The notes under the pieces: generated by a model | What the model was told of the DNA's origin: nothing | What the model saw: the letters and a program-made list of their open reading frames with translations, nothing else | Database searches by the model: none | Made by a program: the position numbers and the translations under genes | Part shown: one piece after another, positions 59,301-64,000 of the stretch | How positions within the stretch are numbered: the stretch's first letter is position 1 | How the letters are laid out: each line of letters opens with the position of its first letter | Assembly: GCA_900546245.1 (NCBI GenBank) | Contig: URBY01000001.1 | Span: 10,038 to 74,037 of the forward strand | Direction of reading: 5' to 3' | Length of the DNA stretch: 64,000 nt | Origin: an uncultured Mycoplasmatota bacterium | GTDB lineage: Bacteria > Bacillota_I > Bacilli_A > RF39 > UBA660

Positions 59301-60945
59301 TATTTGATTTAGTTTCTGAAACATAATTAGAATTATTAAAATCACCTGTTACATATGTAATTTCAAAATCATCTGGTGATATTTTTTTATCACTTACACC
59401 TTCTATATTTATTTTTATATCATCTGTTAATCTTAAAGCATTAGGATCTATTTTAATTACTTCTTTTAATCCTTGATCTGACATAGTTTTCTTATAATTA
59501 AAAGTTGTTTTATATATTAAATTTGTACCCTTTGATACAGCACCTGTTCCATTTGTATCTTTTGAAACTTTAGATGAACCATTATAGAATTCACCAGTTA
59601 ATGAATAATCAATTTCTTCATAATATTTATTTACTAAATTTTTACTTATTGTTGGAAGAGTAATTAATGAACCATTTGTATCTTGAATCTTAAAGTTACT
59701 GATGCTTAAAGATGTTGTAATATCATTTTTACCATCATTTACTGTTCTAGGTGAAAATACAGTTAATGCATATGTTCCTAAATAATGTTCATTTTTACCA
59801 ATATTACTTCCTTTGGCACTTACGGTAGCGCTATTATATGTTACTTTATAACCATTTATAATACCATTAAATAAATCATTAGTTTTTTTAGATAATTTAA
59901 CATTCCCAACATTTTTTATAAGTTTTGAATTATCAACTTGTGATGTACTATAAGGTTCATTTACAATTACTGATTCTATTTCAGATAAATTATCTTTTCC
60001 ATAAAGTCTTCCCCAAGTTTCCTCCATTGAAACGACTTTTGAAGAACCATTTTGATTAACGTTTACATCAAATGTAATATCATTACCATTTGGCATTGAT
60101 AAACCTTTTATACCTTTTGAATTATTTCCGTTTATTTTATATCCAAAAACATAAGTTAAATATCTACCTAAATTATTATTATATGTTGCCTTTTGTCCTT
60201 CTGATTCTTGAGTTAATAATTCTAAAGAAAAATCACCAGATTTTGAAGATACTACTGTTGGCATATAATTTAAAAATCCATTAATAGTACTTACCATACT
60301 ATATTTATTAGCATTTTCACTATTATATTCATAATTATATTTCTCAGTATCAAATGTTATACTGCCCAAATTTACTATATAATTTTCATCTGTATTTGTA
60401 CTTTCTTGGATTTCAAATTTAGGACTTATTTTCATACCATTTGGAGCACCTAAAACATATAATGTTACTTTCGCATCAAATGATCCATAAGTATCTACAC
60501 CATTAAATGAATATATATGACTTGTTTCTCCTGGAGCACTATCTTTATCAAATGTTACATACTTTGAAACATCTTCTGGTAAAGTTACTTTAATATTTAC
60601 TGTTCTTTCTTCATAATCATCATTACCATTTTTATCCATTATTTCATAATTAAAATTATAAGATAATTCATCAAAAGATCTAACTATTCTATTTTTTGAA
60701 TTATTGTCATTACCAGGAATATAACCTGTTACACTAGAATAATTTGCTGAATTTGAATAATCTAATCCATCACTATTATCAAAATCAGAAATACCTGTTT
60801 CTATACTAGTTAAACTTATGTTTTTAATTGCAACCTTATTTTGAGCAACATCTGCACTAGCAAACCTATTATATACAAAAAAACTAATTACAATTAAAAT
60901 TAACACAAAAAATATTATTAATATTTTTTTATTTTTAGTCTTCAT
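56371..60945 (-). CDS. Giant secreted adhesin-like protein (1524 aa), paralog of 16463-20512, with SdrD-B/CnaB and DUF11-like domains plus an extra C-terminal Cys-containing domain
   Basis: AGGTGA-supported ATG at 60945 (MKTKNKKILIIFFVLILIVISFFVYNRFASA signal). Shares the NYYGGPCIE-type motif (NLYGGPCIKA), an SdrD-B-like segment (SGRVFIDNNENGVEDIGD…) and a DUF11-like segment with the 1349-aa protein. Confidence 0.6.
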   Translation of the reverse strand: MKTKNKKILIIFFVLILIVISFFVYNRFASADVAQNKVAIKNISLTSIETGISDFDNSDGLDYSNSANYSSVTGYIPGNDNNSKNRIVRSFDELSYNFNYEIMDKNGNDDYEERTVNIKVTLPEDVSKYVTFDKDSAPGETSHIYSFNGVDTYGSFDAKVTLYVLGAPNGMKISPKFEIQESTNTDENYIVNLGSITFDTEKYNYEYNSENANKYSMVSTINGFLNYMPTVVSSKSGDFSLELLTQESEGQKATYNNNLGRYLTYVFGYKINGNNSKGIKGLSMPNGNDITFDVNVNQNGSSKVVSMEETWGRLYGKDNLSEIESVIVNEPYSTSQVDNSKLIKNVGNVKLSKKTNDLFNGIINGYKVTYNSATVSAKGSNIGKNEHYLGTYALTVFSPRTVNDGKNDITTSLSISNFKIQDTNGSLITLPTISKNLVNKYYEEIDYSLTGEFYNGSSKVSKDTNGTGAVSKGTNLIYKTTFNYKKTMSDQGLKEVIKIDPNALRLTDDIKINIEGVSDKKISPDDFEITYVTGDFNNSNYVSETKSNISDEDLSIVKSSCANIQKNINNYLSDQIMNLYGGPCIKAKSGVEQTFKKVSEAKDKENIEIPITKIIVQTKKGIKLPDNIKVTIDANVRVRDVSDITRTYQATSLASSSDYDAKISYFAPRVTNDENSITNPNNYKKTTYNGSDIASIDTDSPWGDTLKIVNFTSREEVTVTNKNNDGTLKNRFNANNGETIYYNIKTTITDDSMNSGADDTWYINYLSVRVKVPNGLVYVPDKDLGTPEVTSDPDNTYLTYKLPYTKPNMKIKDINFKATISPTLKGSSIPLTVESRVDAINVNGETDTSYFGYLTGSYTIYATGIENVIVSQKIGDKGSKLEKNSEFNYLLSIYNNTNNNIKDYAIMDILPGNGDKNGSEFNGTYKVKLELPSTFGNVKVYCSNSEYNKLSNEVFNEKNEFKECNALNEYVDATAIKITNISVNANSYADDIKLWIKPKDNNYSNKYINSYVGASKTYAQNESNKIEARVISRNISGRVFIDNNENGVEDIGDTYYSDMPVTLYKLDSENNMTEVDTTVTDKDGKYIFKNLNVGRYKIRANFDNSVYDLTLRYASENTAIDSDGYKVSDNMIEISNKKTPEESDGIKVTREIESVTDMNIGLISRKTFGFSINKYITKIDLNYNNSNSILTYNNEKKVSLSVKNSLRASAKVYYGIEITNNSSTPGYVKLINEDIPVGLTFNIDDPANKDWFVSNDEIRSVALENDLIMPGEKRYLTIMLNMPTQLEARSFINTVTLLEISSYEPESEATDASTDYNSYSIGEAIRYGGVDFHVINTENSDNNGQILTLLADSGTISTKLGHTTSNNDIYKWSDSLINGFINNEFVNMNTLNLPILYDNSVCDDASGLQAASYGGTLLSEGKCQSNIYKNYKVRLLTETEYNKLISSNNADLSWLYGNSDFWLMNSVYMKQKYDVYGNIIESTNVKNYAKYISKSSSTIKDDIANIKKEIRPVVTVSSKNIIVE

Positions 60946-60969
60946 ATGCTTCACCTATTCTTTAATAAA

Positions 60970-60998
60970 ATTATATCAATATATGCACTTTTTTTCAA
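60970..60998 (-). promoter_or_regulatory. Near-consensus sigma-A promoter of the 1524-aa gene
   Basis: Minus strand TTGAAA - 17 nt - TATAAT, about 25 nt upstream of the RBS. Confidence 0.45.
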
Positions 60999-61010
60999 TG
61001 AAAACGAAAA

Positions 61011-61035
61011 AAAATATCTATGTTTTTAGATATTT
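61011..61035. terminator. Bidirectional intrinsic terminator after the 224-aa gene
   Basis: Perfect 10-bp stem AAAATATCTA / TAGATATTTT with a 5-nt loop, flanked by A and T runs. Confidence 0.5.
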
Positions 61036-61036
61036 T

Positions 61037-61711
61037 TTACTCAAAATCATAACTCCAACTAATTTTTGTAATTTTTCCATATTTATAAGAAATATTTAAT
61101 CTTGAAATATTAGATACAGTATCACCTACTAATGCATCTCTATTTATGTATACTACCTCTTTATCATTTCTTATACCTAAATAAATTGTATCTTTTATTT
61201 CTTCTTCATTTAATGCATCTACTGAGTAATTTCCATATAAATATGTTCCTTTTTTATTTTCAACTTTAAATTTCTTTATAGTTTTGATAATTTTATCATT
61301 TACCTTTATATTTCTGCTTACTTTATATTTATTATTTGTTACCTCTACTTTAGTTAACATATAATCACTATAATTTTCTTTTAAAGTTAATTTTAAGCCC
61401 TTATATTCTAATATTTTATAACTATATTTATCTTTAGTTATTTTATCTTCTTTTACGGGAGTACCAAATTTCTTTTTTACTTCTTTTTCACTTGTTCCAT
61501 ATTTTACACCATCTATTACTAAATCAGACATTGAAAATATTTTATTATTATTTTTACTTACCATAACTGTATCAAATTCTCTGTAATTTCTTGAAGCAAG
61601 TAATAGGATTAATAATATTACAATTATTATAGATGTTATTTTTAGAATTAATTTATCTCTTTTTAACTCTTGTTCTATTGTTTTTTTAGTTTTCTTTTCA
61701 TTCTTTTTCAT
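61037..61711 (-). CDS. N-terminally membrane-anchored hypothetical protein (no Cys), 224 aa
   Basis: Signal-anchor LILKITSIIIVILLILLLA followed by a β-rich polar domain. Lies between the sorted protein and the giant protein of locus B. Confidence 0.4.
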   Translation of the reverse strand: MKKNEKKTKKTIEQELKRDKLILKITSIIIVILLILLLASRNYREFDTVMVSKNNNKIFSMSDLVIDGVKYGTSEKEVKKKFGTPVKEDKITKDKYSYKILEYKGLKLTLKENYSDYMLTKVEVTNNKYKVSRNIKVNDKIIKTIKKFKVENKKGTYLYGNYSVDALNEEEIKDTIYLGIRNDKEVVYINRDALVGDTVSNISRLNISYKYGKITKISWSYDFE

Positions 61712-61719
61712 ATTTTCAC

Positions 61720-64000
61720 CTACTTAGCCTTTTTCTTTAATATCATTAATAAAGATATTAAAGCAACTAATATTGATATTATTAATCCATATTTTATTAC
61801 AGTTTGTCCTGTTTGTATACTTACTATAAGTTCAGCACTTGAACTTGATTTTATCTCTATCTTTTCTGTTTTTCCTTTATTTACTATTATTGAATTTCCA
61901 TATACATTTCCGCTTCCATCTACAAAGAATGTCGCTACATTTGGATTTTTATTTAATTCTTTTCCTGGTGCAGCTTTTGTTTCTACTATTCTATATTGTC
62001 CTTCTTCTAAATAATATACTGTTGCACTTCCATTTTTTGTTTCTATCTTTGTATTTGTTGTATTACTATCTGCTTTATAATAAAATCCATTTTCTGTTAC
62101 TTCTTTTGTAACTGTCACATCATGATATTTTTTATTATCATCTAATTTTTGAAGTTTAAATTCTGCTCCATCTAATAGTTTATTATATTCATCATATTTA
62201 TAGAACGTAAATGGTGTTGGTTTATTTACAAGTTCCTTATATGTATCTGCTATATAATCTTTGTTTGCTTCTATTGTTACCATTGTATATCTATCTTCTT
62301 CTTTTTTTGGAAGTGAATATCCTTTTGGTGCTTTTACTTCTTCTATTATATAACAATGTCCATATTCTAAATATTGGATTAATGCTTCTCCTTGTTTTAT
62401 TTCTACTTTTTCATTTTTTGTATTTTCTGTATTTTCAAATTCTGACCATGTTCCTAGATATTTTACATATGTTAGTTTTGTAATATCATTTACTGGTATA
62501 TCACTACATTTTGCATCTTCTCTATCTGTACATGTTTTTATTGTATCTGTATCTTTCTCTGGTCTATTTTCATATACTCCATCTCTTATTGTTTTTAATT
62601 TTAATAATGTCTTTGGTTGATTCATTGCTGATAAATTTGCATCACATGTTGTTCCTTCATATACTTTAAATTCTGCACCTTCTAGTAACTCTCCATCATC
62701 AGAATATTTTCTTATTAATAATGATGTTGGTTTATTTGGAACATCTACTTCATCTACTTTTACTGTTGTACTTGTTACAGTAAATGATGTTTCAGCATTT
62801 ACTCCTTCTGGTAATGTATAATTTTTTGGTGCCACTGTTTCAAGTAATACATAATTATAATCTGCTTCTAAATATCTAAGTACTAGTATTCCATTATATG
62901 GATGAAGTTCTGTTACATAACTTGCACCTTTTTTTACATCACTATCACTTATTTTTTTGTATACTTCAACACCAGATAATCCTGCTTCATCATTAGGATC
63001 TTCTTCATCACCAGCAATAACTGCACGTTTACTAAATTTAACAAGTGTCATACCATTTTTTTCTCTTTCTTCTTTTGTTGTATAATTTCCTGGATGACAT
63101 TTTTCATTCTTTTTACATTTATATACTTCAAATGTAGTTGTTTCATCATTTATTAAATAATTATATTTAGAGTCTCTTTTTTCAAATCTAACTCTTGTTG
63201 GTTTATCTTTAATAATATTTGTTGTACTGTTATGAGTTGTATCACCACTTGTACATGGTATCTTATATTCAACACTCGTTGGTGTATTTGTAGTATTTTC
63301 TTTAACGTATACTGATCCTTCTGGAACACTTATTTCTTCCATAGTATACTTTTTACCCCTGCATAAATTAGTTATTTTTATGTGTCCACCACAAGCATGA
63401 AGTTCAGTACCATTACTATCTGTTTGATCAGAACTTACATATCTATATTCACTATAACTGCTATCACTTGTGCAATCACCAACATCTCTTACTTTCTTAA
63501 GAGTTAAATACTTACCATTTTCATCTTTTAATTTAAATACAATCTTATCAAAATCATTTCTTTCTTTAGCATCGACAAAATCAACATTTTCATCGCTTTT
63601 ATTTTTATCAGCCGCATCATAATATGAATAATAATCTTTTTTAGTAAATGTAATTTCTGTTGGTTTATTTTCTAATTGTTGTTTAGATATTTCATATTTA
63701 CCATTTCCGCATGCACTAGCATTTGAATTAGAACAATTATTTATAGTGAATTTATAACTGCTTTCTTCTTTATATTCTGGGTAGTAATATCCTACACATT
63801 CACTATAATTTGATGATGCTTCACATGTATTACTATTTTTTTCCTTAATACTGTATGTTCCAACAGGTAAATGATGTATTTTTATTTTTCTTGTATTATC
63901 TAGATGTAATCCTGTTACTTTGTCCCCACTAATACCATCTACATCATTTTCACTATATTCATAAATTCCATCTTTTAATATAAATGATACTAAATTATTA
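61720..64000 (-). CDS. Large secreted protein, partial (open to the window end): Cys-rich N-region + CnaB/SpaA-like domains + C-terminal sorting-signal-like anchor (SIQTGQ + TM + KKKAK)
   Basis: The reading frame is uninterrupted from 61720 to 64000 on the minus strand; the track's 540-aa ORF is only its C-terminal part from the first Met. C-terminus …AELIVSIQTGQTVIKYGLIISILVALISLLMILKKKAK. Confidence 0.6.
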   Translation of the reverse strand, partial: NNLVSFILKDGIYEYSENDVDGISGDKVTGLHLDNTRKIKIHHLPVGTYSIKEKNSNTCEASSNYSECVGYYYPEYKEESSYKFTINNCSNSNASACGNGKYEISKQQLENKPTEITFTKKDYYSYYDAADKNKSDENVDFVDAKERNDFDKIVFKLKDENGKYLTLKKVRDVGDCTSDSSYSEYRYVSSDQTDSNGTELHACGGHIKITNLCRGKKYTMEEISVPEGSVYVKENTTNTPTSVEYKIPCTSGDTTHNSTTNIIKDKPTRVRFEKRDSKYNYLINDETTTFEVYKCKKNEKCHPGNYTTKEEREKNGMTLVKFSKRAVIAGDEEDPNDEAGLSGVEVYKKISDSDVKKGASYVTELHPYNGILVLRYLEADYNYVLLETVAPKNYTLPEGVNAETSFTVTSTTVKVDEVDVPNKPTSLLIRKYSDDGELLEGAEFKVYEGTTCDANLSAMNQPKTLLKLKTIRDGVYENRPEKDTDTIKTCTDREDAKCSDIPVNDITKLTYVKYLGTWSEFENTENTKNEKVEIKQGEALIQYLEYGHCYIIEEVKAPKGYSLPKKEEDRYTMVTIEANKDYIADTYKELVNKPTPFTFYKYDEYNKLLDGAEFKLQKLDDNKKYHDVTVTKEVTENGFYYKADSNTTNTKIETKNGSATVYYLEEGQYRIVETKAAPGKELNKNPNVATFFVDGSGNVYGNSIIVNKGKTEKIEIKSSSSAELIVSIQTGQTVIKYGLIISILVALISLLMILKKKAK

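Noticed and set aside
61037-61711. Possibility that the 224-aa membrane protein in locus B is the missing sortase
   Set aside because: The protein contains no cysteine at all and lacks the TLxTC/His/Arg sortase signature.
61670-62483. Leu/Phe-rich plus-strand ORFs (61670-62014, 61839-62111, 62211-62483) opposite the sorted surface protein
   Set aside because: They are antisense low-complexity frames of a Lys/Glu/Thr-rich coding region.
1-64000. Alternative genetic code (Mollicutes-like TGA=Trp) given the extreme AT content
   Set aside because: Conserved genes (xfp, uvrA, uvrB, lgt, mscL) read through full length with TGG for Trp and terminate correctly in the standard code. No TGA-interrupted conserved ORFs were seen.
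1-64000. CRISPR arrays, rRNA genes, IS elements/transposases, integrases
   Set aside because: No regularly spaced short repeats, no rRNA-like conserved stretches, and no ORF with DDE, serine or tyrosine recombinase motifs were found. The only repeats are the 87-bp Fic-flanking pair, the roughly 230-bp TA-like duplication and short intergenic palindromes.

Overview
This is a very AT-rich (about 25% GC by eye) segment of a low-GC Firmicute chromosome, Clostridia-like, using the standard genetic code (TGA stops conserved genes and Trp is TGG). A recognisable core backbone runs through it: phosphoketolase, a small alarmone synthetase, two fused MacB-type ABC transporters, mscL, tRNA-His, a SpoIID/LytB-like gene, rluB, a DD-carboxypeptidase, uppP, rmuC, DedA, a rhodanese, htrA, whiA, a TrxR-like gene, lgt, uvrA and uvrB. 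Several accessory blocks interrupt this backbone. (1) A roughly 14-kb Gram-positive-type (MPF-FA-like) type IV secretion operon lies on the minus strand at 25.7-38.1 kb. It has a near-consensus promoter and encodes, in order, a VirB2-like small membrane protein, a Cys-rich secreted paralog, a VirB6-like protein, a PrgI/VirB3-like protein, a VirB4 split into two ORFs, a three-domain PrgK-like cell-wall hydrolase and a VirD4/TraG coupling protein. It ends in a Fic gene bracketed by about 87-bp direct repeats that carry terminator hairpins. No relaxase, integrase or VirB8-like gene is in the window. (2) Two paralogous loci (13.9-20.5 kb and 56.4-64.0 kb) each pair a giant secreted adhesin-like protein (1349 and 1524 aa) with a SpaA/CnaB-type protein. 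The SpaA/CnaB proteins end in a shared non-LPXTG sorting-signal-like C-terminus (x-I-[S/Q]-T-G-Q, a TM helix and a Lys-rich tail). (3) An Abi_2 abortive-infection gene sits next to an ORF6N/Ant-like gene. (4) Three Fic/Doc-family genes are present, one with a Doc-type motif in which the catalytic His is replaced by Gln. (5) A duplicated module around 46.0-46.6 kb resembles a type I toxin-antitoxin locus, with an RBS-sequestered 30-aa hydrophobic peptide and a convergent antisense promoter. (6) uvrA and uvrB are oriented divergently and separated by about 3.7 kb of accessory genes, and a P-loop gene next to tRNA-His carries an in-frame TAG. All functional assignments come from motifs I can read in the translations; no database search was run.
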